A stretch of 64,000 nt of DNA. Source: an uncultured Acidobacteriota bacterium (GTDB lineage Bacteria > Acidobacteriota > Blastocatellia > RBC074). A program made the position numbers and the translations under genes. Of the stretch, positions 1 to 10,051 are shown piece after piece (the first letter of the stretch is position 1; each line of letters starts with the position of its first letter). Below the pieces are notes generated by a model. The model had not been told where the DNA came from and made no database searches. It saw nothing but the letters and a program-made list of their open reading frames with translations. Where the stretch lies: positions 1,440,001 through 1,504,000 of the forward strand of contig CAWCKY010000004.1 of the NCBI GenBank assembly GCA_963796275.1. Direction: 5' to 3'.

Positions 1-1173
1 AAGGACATAGCCGTCAACATTGCGGCCGAAGCTGAACGACCGCTTGTCGAAGTGACTTCCGAAGCCGACCTCATAATGGCGCTCGGCATCGGAATGGCGG
101 CGATATGCTATCCGGCTTTCATAACCGGGAGGGCCTTCGATGACCGAGCGGCCCACCCTATCGCCGAATGAAGGCAATAGTGCGCCCTGCAGGATCAATT
201 CGGACTTTTCCCCTACCTGGGGCCGATGTTCGACCCCGATTTGCGGCCGCCACTGCCACAGATTGCCGGCGTTCGCCAGCGATGGCTTCCAAACTGCGGC
301 AATCGAATTCGGCTCAAGCGGTGAAATAATCGGCCCCCGCTGTCCGACTTCAACCCTGGTTCGATCCCAATCGAGTTGCGCTGTTGCCGTCCTTATCCGG
401 ATAAACCCCAGCACATCGCCGTCAGTCGAGCCTTGCGTCCCACCCCAGAAATCGGTTTCGACCTCCGCGCTCAAACGAGCGCTCCCGACCCGTGGGCCTG
501 TCATCGACAGGCCGATCTTGGATTGCCGAAGCGTGGTACCGAGATTGTTTTTTCGCTCCCCCGGGTCAACCGGTTGGGCAAACAACGGATCATCCCTGAG
601 CGAGGAATCATGACTATTGAGATAAGTGTTAGCCAGGAGAATTCCGAAAAGGCGTACACGGAAACGCGACTCGCTCTCAACTTTAGTTTGCGCCTGCTCT
701 TGGATTTGAGCGGAGTTGATCTCAACCTGTTCTTCGATCTTCGACAATCGATCGCCCGACTGCCGATTGGCGAGTGATGATTGCGGATTTTGCAACTCCG
801 ACGGCGAGTGGGGTTCTGCGGCGACAGTTGGCGTGGGTGGCTGGGAAGATTGCATCCTGGCAAGTTCCGCCTGCAAATGCGATACCTGTGATTTGAGATT
901 TGAGATTTGCTCATCGCCGATCGCCTCGCGCAGAGACGCCACTTCTCGTTGCAAGGACTCGATCTGTTCGCGCGCGCGCCTGGATTCAGCCTGGGCGAGG
1001 TCAGCCGATTCTTGAGCGCGTCGAACGAGATCGAGCAGCGTCCGGTCGGTCGGGATTGCGGCCTTTCTCGGTTCCGGCCTTTTGCGTTTGGACGGAGATC
1101 CGCTTGCATCCGCGCTGGTCTCCAATGACATAGCGATCAGTCCGAAGGCGAAGATGACAATCAGCTTTTTCAT
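1..1173 (-). CDS. Secreted coiled-coil plus outer-membrane beta-barrel (porin-like) protein, 3' end beyond the window edge
   Basis: Not in the ORF track; translated by hand from ATG 1173 (RBS GAGGAGAGG): MKKLIVIFAFGLIAMSLETSA signal peptide, a heptad-rich segment (AQESADLAQAESRRAREQIESLQREVASLRE), then QTKVESESRFRVRLFGILLANTYLN...LSAEVETDFWGG...AGNLWQWRPQ, with alternating beta-strand character. No stop in the part I translated. Confidence 0.8.
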   Translation of the reverse strand, partial: MKKLIVIFAFGLIAMSLETSADASGSPSKRKRPEPRKAAIPTDRTLLDLVRRAQESADLAQAESRRAREQIESLQREVASLREAIGDEQISNLKSQVSHLQAELARMQSSQPPTPTVAAEPHSPSELQNPQSSLANRQSGDRLSKIEEQVEINSAQIQEQAQTKVESESRFRVRLFGILLANTYLNSHDSSLRDDPLFAQPVDPGERKNNLGTTLRQSKIGLSMTGPRVGSARLSAEVETDFWGGTQGSTDGDVLGFIRIRTATAQLDWDRTRVEVGQRGPIISPLEPNSIAAVWKPSLANAGNLWQWRPQIGVEHRPQVGEKSELILQGALLPSFGDRVGRSVIEGPPGYESRIAYRRHSDAERHYEVGFGSHFDKRSFSFGRNVDGYVL

Positions 1174-1254
1174 AACCTCTCCTCAGAATACAGTTATCAG
1201 TTTCCAGTTCTAGGTTCAGTGACTAACCATCTTCCGAAAACTGGAAACACATTC

Positions 1255-1638
1255 TTAATTTCGCTGCTCGATCAACATTTCGAGATGGGGCAAAAGGCTG
1301 GAAAACGGACTCTGCTTGCTGAAACAACAGTCCGCCCGCGTTTCCAGGCTTTCCGGAGGACTGTTTGACCCGTCTGTTTCGATATATGCCGAGAGGATGA
1401 CAAAAGGGATCGCGGCCAGGTCGGGTTCACCGCGTACCCGCGTGCACAACGCCTGCCCGTCCATCAGCGGCATCTCCAAATCGGAGATGATTGCATCGGG
1501 CCGTAAGTTCCGCAACAGATCGAGCGCCTCGAATGCATCAGCCGCTTCGACCACCGTGTATCCGGCATCTTCAAGCGCCATCGCCGCGACGGCTCGAAAC
1601 ACCTGATCATCGTCAACCAGCAATATTCTATTGGGCAT
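1255..1638 (-). CDS. Single-domain response regulator (CheY-like receiver)
   Basis: ILLVDDD, phospho-acceptor ISDLEMP, FVILSA, FSKQ. ATG at 1638 is preceded by RBS AGGAGGAGAGG and overlaps the kinase 3' end. Confidence 0.92.
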   Translation of the reverse strand: MPNRILLVDDDQVFRAVAAMALEDAGYTVVEAADAFEALDLLRNLRPDAIISDLEMPLMDGQALCTRVRGEPDLAAIPFVILSAYIETDGSNSPPESLETRADCCFSKQSPFSSLLPHLEMLIEQRN

Positions 1639-3556
1639 CCTCTCCTCCTGCCGCGGGCAATTCAATGAAAAAATGTGCGCCGCGCGCCTCTGCCTCAGTC
1701 AACCCTATCCTGCCTCCGTGGGCTTCGACGATACCCCTGGCGATCGCCAGGCCGAGCCCCGTGCCTCCCTGTTTGCCCTGGCTGACAAATGGCTCGAAGA
1801 GCCTCTCGCGGAGTTGCGGAGGCACGCCCGGGCCATCGTCGACGATATCGATCCGGACAAACCCATTCTTGTTCCTGGCGTTGATCTCAATCGCCCCTCC
1901 CTGCGGCATGGCTTCCATGGCATTTATCACCATATTTTCAAAGACGCGTCTCATCCGCTCAGCATCGGCTTCGACGATGGCGCCCGCAGGGATACTAGAC
2001 TCGAGTTTGATCCGCAAATGCAATAACTGCGCGGTAAACTCATGCGTCACGCGTTGGACGATGAGGGAGAGCGGCTGGACCTGGCGCTTTAGTTTATAGC
2101 TGCCGCACGAAAATTCGAGCAACTCTGTCATCATTCCGCTCATCCGCTCCGATGCGCGTAACTGGCTTTCAATCAATGTGCGGCGGCGATCTGGCGGAAG
2201 GTTCTCGTGATTGAGGACCTCGGCCGCGGTCGAGATAGTCGCGAGAGGATTTCGCAAATCGTGAATGATCGAGCTGGCCATCTGTCCCACGGTCGCCAGT
2301 CGTTCGCTTTTGAGCAGGGCGGCCTGGGATTGTTTGATCGAGTGGCGCATCTGGTTGAAGGCCGTCGAGAGTTGACCGATCTCTCCCCGCGCGTAGGTGA
2401 GCACGGGAAATTCGTAATTCCCCCGGCCTAGCTCGCGCGCCCCGGCGGCGAGCGATTCAATCGGCCTGGTTATTCGGCCGGCGATCAGATAGCTCAACAC
2501 CCAGGCCGCGACGATGCCGAGCGTCCAGAGCAGCAATAATCGGTTGGTGATGGCGCGGAATAACTGCCCGGCGCCGGCCAGCGAACGCAGGATGATAACC
2601 TGTCCGATTAGTTCCCCATTAAACCCTACCAGCTGGCGCGCGAATGCGAGATATAGATCGCCGCCGATATCGATCTCGGCCGGGCGTTCGGGCGTGGCCT
2701 CACCGATATTGTTATTTACCCCGTTCACCGCAATCGCGCTGAGCGCGGCCGCTTCGACGTTCTGCGGAAGTGAAGAAGCATAGATTCGATCGCCGAGGAA
2801 GAAGATTACTTCGCTGTGAATCAGACGGCCGACATCGCGCGCCACCGCGGCGTTAAGCTCTACGCCGGTACCCAGCACGGCGAGGGTATTGTTGTAATGG
2901 GCGTTTCCGGAATGGAGGACGACGGGCGTGAGCACCAGATTGAACAGCCTCCCGCCCAGCATGGTGAAGCTGCGACTCTGCGTTTGCCGCTCGCCCGCAG
3001 TGCGGGCTGCTAGCAGATCGGAGACAGCAGGCGCCTCTCCTTCCTGCTGCTCGGTAAACATCACGCGACCCGCGCCATCGCTGATCAGGAATAGATCACC
3101 CGGTTCGACCGCCTCCGTCCGCGAGTCAGCGATCATCTCCCGCAAAGTTTCGCGGTCGCCGGAAGCGCGCTCATCTCCAAAGACGGTTTTGACGATAGGC
3201 GAATTGGCCATCGCCGATCCCATACTCGCAAGCCTGCGATCACGCTGGCTCCAGACCGCATCGTATAGCGGCAGAAGTGTTTCAACCTCGGCCTGTACCT
3301 GCCGGCGCGCCTCTCCCACCACCTGATTATTGATCACCCAGGCGCCGATAATCAGGATCGCGCTCGAAAGCAATGCTGAGCTGAGAAAAAGTTGGCCCCT
3401 GAGAGAACGCGTATTGCGGGTTGAGGATTGCAGATTACCGGTCTCGGATTGCGTATGGCGGATTCCGGATTGCGCATTCATCGAAGTTACCCTCTGATTG
3501 GCTGCCACCATTCCACCGCGGTTTGCGGCTCGCTGATCGGTAAATGACATCTTCAT
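1628..3556 (-). CDS. Membrane sensor histidine kinase (periplasmic sensor domain, HAMP, HisKA, HATPase)
   Basis: Two TM segments, HAMP (ITRPIESL...GEIGQLSTAFNQM), H-box IIHDLRNPL, N-box NAMEAM, G1 DDGPG, G2 GTGLGL. Start codon uncertain. Confidence 0.93.
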   Translation of the reverse strand: MKMSFTDQRAANRGGMVAANQRVTSMNAQSGIRHTQSETGNLQSSTRNTRSLRGQLFLSSALLSSAILIIGAWVINNQVVGEARRQVQAEVETLLPLYDAVWSQRDRRLASMGSAMANSPIVKTVFGDERASGDRETLREMIADSRTEAVEPGDLFLISDGAGRVMFTEQQEGEAPAVSDLLAARTAGERQTQSRSFTMLGGRLFNLVLTPVVLHSGNAHYNNTLAVLGTGVELNAAVARDVGRLIHSEVIFFLGDRIYASSLPQNVEAAALSAIAVNGVNNNIGEATPERPAEIDIGGDLYLAFARQLVGFNGELIGQVIILRSLAGAGQLFRAITNRLLLLWTLGIVAAWVLSYLIAGRITRPIESLAAGARELGRGNYEFPVLTYARGEIGQLSTAFNQMRHSIKQSQAALLKSERLATVGQMASSIIHDLRNPLATISTAAEVLNHENLPPDRRRTLIESQLRASERMSGMMTELLEFSCGSYKLKRQVQPLSLIVQRVTHEFTAQLLHLRIKLESSIPAGAIVEADAERMRRVFENMVINAMEAMPQGGAIEINARNKNGFVRIDIVDDGPGVPPQLRERLFEPFVSQGKQGGTGLGLAIARGIVEAHGGRIGLTEAEARGAHFFIELPAAGGEDAQ

Positions 3557-3577
3557 CGATCCACAATACGCAAAGCT

Positions 3578-4408
3578 TCATGGTCTGCGATAACGTGGCC
3601 GATTGTTCAATTTGTCATAGTCCTGTCCGTATTTGTTTGGGTGGGGACGCGGTATGTAATCCTTCTCGCTGACTTGAAGAATTCCCATATCCAATCCCGA
3701 AGCGGTGACCTGTACTGTTCTCATCAGCTCCGATAGATGTTCGGCCTGTGAACGTTCATGCCAGACGTTGAATCGATATTGCCCTTCGGGAACGTTATCG
3801 ATCTGGAACTTCCCGCTCTGGTCACTGATGACAAAATATGGCGTATCGACCGTAACCACAATTGCGCTCATCTGCGGATGGATATTGCAGAAGATGTGCG
3901 AGACACCCGCGCGGTTGAAGTTGACCGGGCGAGTTTCACCGCTGGCATAAAGTCCGAGATCGAATCGCCTACCATTGAAGATCGAGAAGACGTTATGAAA
4001 GAAAGGATCTTCATTCGGGAAATCTACCTCCGAGCCAGTTTGGACGACGACGATATGAGGCATAAAACGCTTGTTGCGCTGTGTGATCACCTTCCTCGAT
4101 CTTTTACCCGATCGCGCTGACAGGCCATCTGACGGGATCATCCAGGCCACAACGCCGCTCGCATCTATCTGATCGGATTTTCGATCCTGGGTACTCGGGT
4201 TGATCAGATCAAACCGCCCCTTGACCACTCGGCCCGAGAGTGGAGTCCGTTCCGGGGCTGCCAGGAATGCGATGAGAGAGACCAGGATGATGAGCGTTAG
4301 ATTATTTTTTTTTGACGAAAAAATGCATAGACGCAAGAAATTTTCTGTCATCAACTTTGCGTCTTTGTGCCCTTGGGTCAAATCCCCCTTCAATGATTCG
4401 GCCGACAT
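3578..4408 (-). CDS. Secreted cupredoxin-like protein with carboxypeptidase-regulatory-like domain (family often annotated methylamine utilization protein)
   Basis: Hydrophobic signal segment; Q.NK.F.PHI..V..GS.V.FPNED.FFHNVFS; IFCNIHPQMSA (C-x2-H-x2-M); SDQSGKFQIDNVPEGQY.F.VWH. Confidence 0.8.
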   Translation of the reverse strand: MSAESLKGDLTQGHKDAKLMTENFLRLCIFSSKKNNLTLIILVSLIAFLAAPERTPLSGRVVKGRFDLINPSTQDRKSDQIDASGVVAWMIPSDGLSARSGKRSRKVITQRNKRFMPHIVVVQTGSEVDFPNEDPFFHNVFSIFNGRRFDLGLYASGETRPVNFNRAGVSHIFCNIHPQMSAIVVTVDTPYFVISDQSGKFQIDNVPEGQYRFNVWHERSQAEHLSELMRTVQVTASGLDMGILQVSEKDYIPRPHPNKYGQDYDKLNNRPRYRRP

Positions 4409-4425
4409 TTCGTGGTTTTGTTACC

Positions 4426-5880
4426 TCATGGTGTCTCGTGCTTGGTCCGAGTCGACTGTCCGTCGAGGTCGATCCCCAGGCGCTCGGCCTTCCGATAGAG
4501 TGAGTATCGCCCGATCCCCAGCAGTTCGGCTGCCCGCAGTTTGTTGCCTTTCGTATACCGCATTGTCGCAAGAATATGCTCTCGCTCAACATCCATCAAG
4601 GTACATGGCATCTCGCATATCCAGAAGACCGATGCGGAAGAAGCGGCCGTTTTCTCCGGGGCATCGACCATCTCGAGTTTCATTCCCGTGCGGCTGAGCG
4701 GGGTAGGCGTGAATTGCGTGAAATCCTCCGGCAACAGTTTCCCTCCGACATTGAGCGTGACTGATCGCTCAACGGCATTTTCGAGTTCGCGCACATTACC
4801 CGGCCAATCGAGCTTGGATAGCCATTCGATCGTTTCCGTGGGAGCGCTGACGTATTTTCCCAGCTTGAGGTTGATGCGCTGGAGGAAATGTTCGACGAGC
4901 AATCGAATATCCTCGCGGCGTTCGCGCAGAGGGGGCAGTTCTATATTGATGACGCTCAGGCGATAGAGCAGGTCGCGGCGAAAATCTTCCGCATTGAGCA
5001 GGTCCTGCACCCGGCGGTTCGTCGCAGCCACGATGCGGACATCAACCCGCCGCGATTCGCTTGCACCGACGGGCCGCACCTCCTGCTCCTGCAGGACGCG
5101 TAATAGCTTGACCTGAAACGCGGGCGAAGTTTCGGAGATTTCGTCGAGGAATATCGTGCCGCCGCTCGCGGTCTCGAATATCCCCCGGTGATTGTTGACC
5201 GCGCCTGTGAAGGAGCCGCGAACGTGACCGAATAATTCTGATTCAAGCAGCGTCTCGGTGAAAGCGCCGCAATTGACGGGCACAAAGTGATGCTTGGCGC
5301 GGGGCGAATTGTCGTGTAGCGCCCGGGCTATCAATTCTTTTCCGGTGCCGCTCTCGCCGCTGATCAAGACGGTCGAATCGGTCGCCGCAACCCGGGCGAT
5401 CGCATGATAGATCGCAACCATCGCCGGACTGCTGCCTACGATGGCCTGGCCGAAACTCACCCGGTTGTTAGATTTGGAGTTTTTTTCTCCCTTCAGATTC
5501 TGCTGTTGATGGCGCCATTCCATCGCCCGCCGGATAGCTGAGATCAATTCGGCCGCGCGAAATGGTTTGCCGATATAATCGAATGCCTCAGCCTGCACGG
5601 CCTCCGCCGCCGATTCCATCGATCCGTGCGCGGTCACAACGATCACCGGGACCTTCTCGCTCCACGCGCGTATCTCGCGCAACACTTCGATTCCGGATGT
5701 ATCCCCGAGCATTAAGTCCAGCAGAACGACGTCACAGGCTTGCCCCTTGCAGGCCTCCAATGCCTCTGCGCCACTCGTCACCAACCCGGCCGAAAACCCC
5801 TCCACCTCGATCAGACTCATCGCAACGAGCCCAAATTCGCGATCATCGTCAACTATTAATACTCTGCCCCGGGAACTCAT
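4426..5880 (-). CDS. Sigma54-dependent response regulator (NtrC/AtoC/ZraR family: receiver, AAA+, Fis HTH)
   Basis: LIVDDD and LLDL receiver; Walker A GESGTGKE; GSFTGA (GAFTGA variant); FLDEI; WPGNVRELEN; C-terminal HTH GNKLRAAELLGIGRYSLY. Start is ATG 5880 or GTG 5892. Confidence 0.96.
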   Translation of the reverse strand: MSSRGRVLIVDDDREFGLVAMSLIEVEGFSAGLVTSGAEALEACKGQACDVVLLDLMLGDTSGIEVLREIRAWSEKVPVIVVTAHGSMESAAEAVQAEAFDYIGKPFRAAELISAIRRAMEWRHQQQNLKGEKNSKSNNRVSFGQAIVGSSPAMVAIYHAIARVAATDSTVLISGESGTGKELIARALHDNSPRAKHHFVPVNCGAFTETLLESELFGHVRGSFTGAVNNHRGIFETASGGTIFLDEISETSPAFQVKLLRVLQEQEVRPVGASESRRVDVRIVAATNRRVQDLLNAEDFRRDLLYRLSVINIELPPLRERREDIRLLVEHFLQRINLKLGKYVSAPTETIEWLSKLDWPGNVRELENAVERSVTLNVGGKLLPEDFTQFTPTPLSRTGMKLEMVDAPEKTAASSASVFWICEMPCTLMDVEREHILATMRYTKGNKLRAAELLGIGRYSLYRKAERLGIDLDGQSTRTKHETP

Positions 5881-5924
5881 AGATGTCACCACTCCTTTTC
5901 ACCACAGACTTTACTGAACTATTT

Positions 5925-5941
5925 TGCAAATTAGCTTCCAA
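5925..5941 (-). promoter_or_regulatory. Putative sigma54 -24/-12 promoter for the signalling operon
   Basis: Minus strand reads TTGGAAGCTAATTTGCA: GG-N10-GC with exact spacing, about 45 nt upstream of the activator ATG. Confidence 0.55.
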
Positions 5942-6357
5942 ACAATTTTTCGACCCTCAGTCTGTTTCACTCTACCCGCTAAACCACAGAAAAAAGTGAT
6001 TTCCTTCGATTTATTGCCGATTTAATGTCTCAGCTCTTGATAGATGCTTCTCCTCGATTAATAGATTTCTATCAACAAGTGAATCGAAATGTTTCATAGA
6101 ACTTGGCAATAGCAACTATTTGTGCCAGTAACGATAGGCAAATCTGCATAAAACATTTGAATATGATCAGACCTAATAGGCCGGCCATTGAAATACTGGT
6201 GATATCAGGAAATGAAAGCTCGCAGGCGCCTGGCGTTCTTGATTAGCGCTGAGCAGGTAAAAGGAAAATGTAAAAATGTTGCTGGCAGTCGTTCGGGCTT
6301 ACCGCAATGCGGATAAACAAGCTTACTGAACTGGTTTCAGATCAATACTGAGTTCGT

Positions 6358-7380
6358 TTATCTGAATCCTCGAACTGAAGCGATCATATTTTTCAGGCTG
6401 CTGGTAGCATCGATCACCGCGGACGGCTCATACCCACAATGCACCATGCAGTCGCGGCAGCGAGGATTCCCGCTCTTGTGACCGTACGACTCCCATCGAG
6501 TCGTTTCGAGCAGTTCCTTGAACGAACCGGCATACCCCTCATTGAGTAAATAACACGGCTTTTGCCAGCCGAAGACATTGTAATTCGGGCACCCCCATGG
6601 GGTACAGTCGTAATCGATCTCGCCCATCAGGAATCTGAGGTAGAAAGGCGATTGATTAAATTGCCACTGTTTTTTCGTGCCCCGTATAGCGCGGAGCGGC
6701 GCCAAAACCTCACGGAAGAGCGCCTTCGTCTGTTCGCGTTTCAGGAAATGCTCCTGATCAGGGGCCCAGGCATAGCTGTAGCCGGGCGAAATAGTCATAC
6801 CGTCGACGCCGAGTTCCGCGAGAAAATCGAACATCTCGTGTAACTCCCGCGGTTCTTCCCCGTCAAAGACGGTCGTGTTCGTATTTACGCGAAAGCCGCG
6901 CTCCTTGGCACTTTTGATCGCACTGACGGCGACATCGAATGTTCCGCCGCGATCGACCAATTTGTCATGACGTTCACGCATCCCATCCAGATGAACGTTG
7001 AAAGTGAGATAAGGGGACGGTTCGAATTTGTCGAGATTCTTCGCGAGCAGGAGCGCATTTGTACAGAGATAGACGAACTTCTTCCGCTCGATCATCCCCC
7101 GGACGATCACATCGATCTCGGGATGAAGCAACGGTTCGCCTCCGGCAATCGAAACGACCGGCGCGCCGCATTCTTCAATCGCTTTGAAAGCATCTTGCGG
7201 AGACATACTCTTCTTGAGAATATCAGCCGGATATTGGATCTTTCCGCAACCGACGCAGGCCAGATTACAGCGAAACAGCGGCTCGAGCATGAGCACTAGC
7301 GGATAACGCCGGTTGCCTTTCAGCTTCTGTTTGAAGATGTATGCGCCGACCTTAAGAGCTTGACGCAGGGTGATTGCCAT
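6358..7380 (-). CDS. hpnH: Adenosylhopane-forming radical SAM enzyme HpnH (hopanoid biosynthesis)
   Basis: [26 protein letters not shown] (CxxxCxxC), [35 protein letters not shown]. Likely start MAITLRQ at 7380. Confidence 0.95.
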   Translation of the reverse strand: MAITLRQALKVGAYIFKQKLKGNRRYPLVLMLEPLFRCNLACVGCGKIQYPADILKKSMSPQDAFKAIEECGAPVVSIAGGEPLLHPEIDVIVRGMIERKKFVYLCTNALLLAKNLDKFEPSPYLTFNVHLDGMRERHDKLVDRGGTFDVAVSAIKSAKERGFRVNTNTTVFDGEEPRELHEMFDFLAELGVDGMTISPGYSYAWAPDQEHFLKREQTKALFREVLAPLRAIRGTKKQWQFNQSPFYLRFLMGEIDYDCTPWGCPNYNVFGWQKPCYLLNEGYAGSFKELLETTRWESYGHKSGNPRCRDCMVHCGYEPSAVIDATSSLKNMIASVRGFR

Positions 7381-7412
7381 AAACCGAACCTTCCTCAAAT
7401 AGACGATTTCCG

Positions 7413-7464
7413 GGAAAGCAAAGAAGGCGAGCGTCCGTAAAATATTATGCCTTATTTGCTTTCC
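7413..7464. repeat. 16-bp inverted repeat upstream of hpnH
   Basis: GGAAAGCAAAGAAGGC (7413-7428) pairs with GCCTTATTTGCTTTCC (7449-7464), one mismatch. Confidence 0.7.
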
Positions 7465-7509
7465 TTCGAATCGCTATTGTCGCCTCTCGCTGCATATTCC
7501 GCAAATCGA

Positions 7510-9171
7510 TTATCGAGCGGCCTGCTGCGATGACGTCATCGGTTTGCGCGGAAGCTTCTCATCGCGCATTGCGGCATTGTAGACGAAGGCAGCCATGATT
7601 ACGGAAGCCTGTTTCATATCCTCGGCCTGAATGCGCTCATATACATCCATGTTCGAATGATGCGTGCGCGTGTCGTACTCGACGGGATCTTGAATGAACT
7701 GGAATCCCGGCAGTCCCACTCTATCGAATGCCAGATGGTCGGTGCCCGAGGTGTTATGGATCGTCAGCGTCGCGGCCCCCAGATCGCGGAAAGGAGCCAG
7801 CCAAGCGCGGAATATCGAGCGAACGGCATCATTGCCCTGTAGATATACTCCGCGGATCTTGCCCGTCCCGTTGTCGAGATTGAAATAGGCCGAAAATTTC
7901 TGGTAATCCGGTTTGGTTACAATCGACCCGGGGTTCGCTGACCCCCCTCCCGGCACATCGCGCTGCGGCTGTTGCCCCGATTGCCCCGATTGCCCCGATT
8001 GCCCCGTTGGGGTCCGGGTTTCGGCGAAATGTTTAGCGACGTAGGCGCGAGAACCGAGCAATCCCTGCTCTTCGCCGCTCCAGAGCGCGATGCGGATCGT
8101 GCGGCGCGGCTTAACGCCAAGCGCTTTGAGAATGCGGACTGCTTCCATGGTGACGGCAATTCCGGCCGCATTATCAGTGGCCCCGGTGCCGCCGTGCCAC
8201 GAATCCATATGTCCGCCGAGCATGACGATCTCATCCTTCTTGTCGCTGCCGGTGATCTCGGCCACGGTGTTGTATGCGTTGAGGTCTTCGTCGTGAAACT
8301 TCGCCGAGATGTTCAGTTCCATCTTGACCGGGATGCCCTTCTGCAGTATTCGCGAGATCCGGCCGTAGTGTTCAACGGCGATGACCACCGAAGGCAGAGT
8401 CTGCGGCGCGTTTCTTTCGCGCGACCCGCCGCCTTGTACAAATACGGTCCCGCCATCGCCTATACGGCTGAACCTGATCACCGCCGCGGCGCCTTCAGTT
8501 TTAAGGAATTCGTTGAACTTCGAGATCAGTCGCTGCCTCTCGCGCCTGGCATTCAATTGTTCTGGAGTATACCGGCCTCCGGCGCGAGCCGGCTCGTCAG
8601 TCGCCATCTTCAATAGCTCTTCATCGCTTAATCGTTCCCCGGAGGCCTGGAATAAGGCTTTGACCTCGCGCATCGGATCGATCATCACGATTTTGCCTTT
8701 CAACTTTCCCTTGTACTTCTCAAGATCAGCTTCGGATTTGATCTCGGCCGAGATGACTTCTGCGATTACTGGCCCATTTGTGCCCGGCGTCCAGGCTTCT
8801 GGATAAGCGATGACGGGAAAAGGGACTGGTTCGATCACATGAACTGAGATTTTGTCGAACGACCAGCCGCGGCCGAATTGCCCCCACGCTTCGAGGCGGG
8901 CATTCTCTAACCCCCATTCAGCCAGCCTGCTCTTCGTCCACTCATTCGATGCCTTCATCCCAGGCGATCCCGTCAAACGATGACCGATGACGTCGGTCAA
9001 CCAGCTGAGCGTGTCCATTACCTTGGATCGCTCCATGCCTTCCGCACGGATATTCTTCATCATCTCCAGATCGACTTTTTCGACCTGCGCGACCTGGGCG
9101 CCGGCGGTAATGATAAGGAGCAGCATTGCAGCGATCGGAACGAGTGTGCGCTTGAAACGACGATTAATCAT
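7510..9171 (-). CDS. Secreted M28-family metallopeptidase (carboxypeptidase Q-like, PA insert)
   Basis: Signal peptide after MINRRFK (RBS GAGGTG); zinc ligands [34 protein letters not shown]. Confidence 0.93.
   Translation of the reverse strand: MINRRFKRTLVPIAAMLLLIITAGAQVAQVEKVDLEMMKNIRAEGMERSKVMDTLSWLTDVIGHRLTGSPGMKASNEWTKSRLAEWGLENARLEAWGQFGRGWSFDKISVHVIEPVPFPVIAYPEAWTPGTNGPVIAEVISAEIKSEADLEKYKGKLKGKIVMIDPMREVKALFQASGERLSDEELLKMATDEPARAGGRYTPEQLNARRERQRLISKFNEFLKTEGAAAVIRFSRIGDGGTVFVQGGGSRERNAPQTLPSVVIAVEHYGRISRILQKGIPVKMELNISAKFHDEDLNAYNTVAEITGSDKKDEIVMLGGHMDSWHGGTGATDNAAGIAVTMEAVRILKALGVKPRRTIRIALWSGEEQGLLGSRAYVAKHFAETRTPTGQSGQSGQSGQQPQRDVPGGGSANPGSIVTKPDYQKFSAYFNLDNGTGKIRGVYLQGNDAVRSIFRAWLAPFRDLGAATLTIHNTSGTDHLAFDRVGLPGFQFIQDPVEYDTRTHHSNMDVYERIQAEDMKQASVIMAAFVYNAAMRDEKLPRKPMTSSQQAAR
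7972..8005 (-). repeat. In-frame 9-bp tandem repeat (GGGCAATCG)n encoding [11 protein letters not shown]
   Basis: Plus strand ttgccccga x3 followed by ttgcccc, in a loop of the M28 peptidase. Confidence 0.85.
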
Positions 9172-9460
9172 ATGATTCACCTCGCAGAGAGATACTAAAT
9201 TTCCAGATTTGTATTTTTCCATTTTCTCTTTTATCCACGGGGAAGGTCGGTTCTTTCAATGAAAAATGTAAATGCCGATGGACAATGAATCGGTTGTTAC
9301 TACGCGAAAAATAGCATACAGGTTACGAAAAACTAAATCACCACGAGAAGATGGTAGCGGTCGCTGCGCTTGCGGTAAACCACATGCGATGTTAAAAAAT
9401 GCCTTGCGATTGTCAAGTAATATCTATGATGCCAGTCTCTTAATGCAATGGAGGTATCTT

Positions 9461-9988
9461 TTGAAACGCTACGCTACTACACTAGTGACCTTGTTACTCG
9501 CGCTCATCATCGCGTTTTCGGTTTCGTCAAATGCGCAGAAAAGATCGAAGCGCCGCACCGCCAAGCCAACACCTACACCCGCGCCCGTGGTCGATATGCG
9601 CCCAGAAGCGACTCAGGTTGCCGAGCAGATCAAAAACGTCACGAAGTTCCTGTATATTTACGGAAAGGTACAGAATAGCCTTGAAATTGCCGATGAACAG
9701 GCCAAGCGCGGACAGTCCGATCCGAAAATTGTCGAAGAGAACAAGAAAAGCAAGGACCTGCTGGTCGTAAATATCACCGGTTTACGAACGGGCATTAACA
9801 ATTTGCTGAAAAGCTGGGACGGGAATACCCGGGTACAAACGCAATCTCTACGGCTCGCCAAAGCTTCCGATGCGGTAGCGGTGGCTGAACAAAATGCGGC
9901 GGCCGGCCGGTACAGAGAAGCAGCGGACGCCCTCGTGATTGCCGTCGAGCGGATGACAGAGACGATGATTTCCATGAAACAGCCCTGA
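9461..9988 (+). CDS. Hypothetical secreted helical protein
   Basis: TTG start after GGAGGT; signal peptide ending SNA-Q; basic and PT-rich linker followed by amphipathic helices. The ORF-track start at 9272 is probably too long. Confidence 0.7.
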   Translation: MKRYATTLVTLLLALIIAFSVSSNAQKRSKRRTAKPTPTPAPVVDMRPEATQVAEQIKNVTKFLYIYGKVQNSLEIADEQAKRGQSDPKIVEENKKSKDLLVVNITGLRTGINNLLKSWDGNTRVQTQSLRLAKASDAVAVAEQNAAAGRYREAADALVIAVERMTETMISMKQP

Positions 9989-10051
9989 ACCAGTAGGCGG
10001 TAGTCGGTTGTCAAAGAGTAGTTCTCAGGAATATACCGGCTACCGACTACC

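Noticed and set aside
140-1133. Track ORFs in the first 1.1 kb
   Set aside because: They are explained as shadows of the minus-strand gene starting at 1173, which has an RBS and a signal peptide.
6111-6128. Second sigma54-like motif CTGGCACAAATAGTTGCT (minus strand)
   Set aside because: The spacing is GG-N11-GC, one base too long. It would only be valid if the AAA run contains an indel error.
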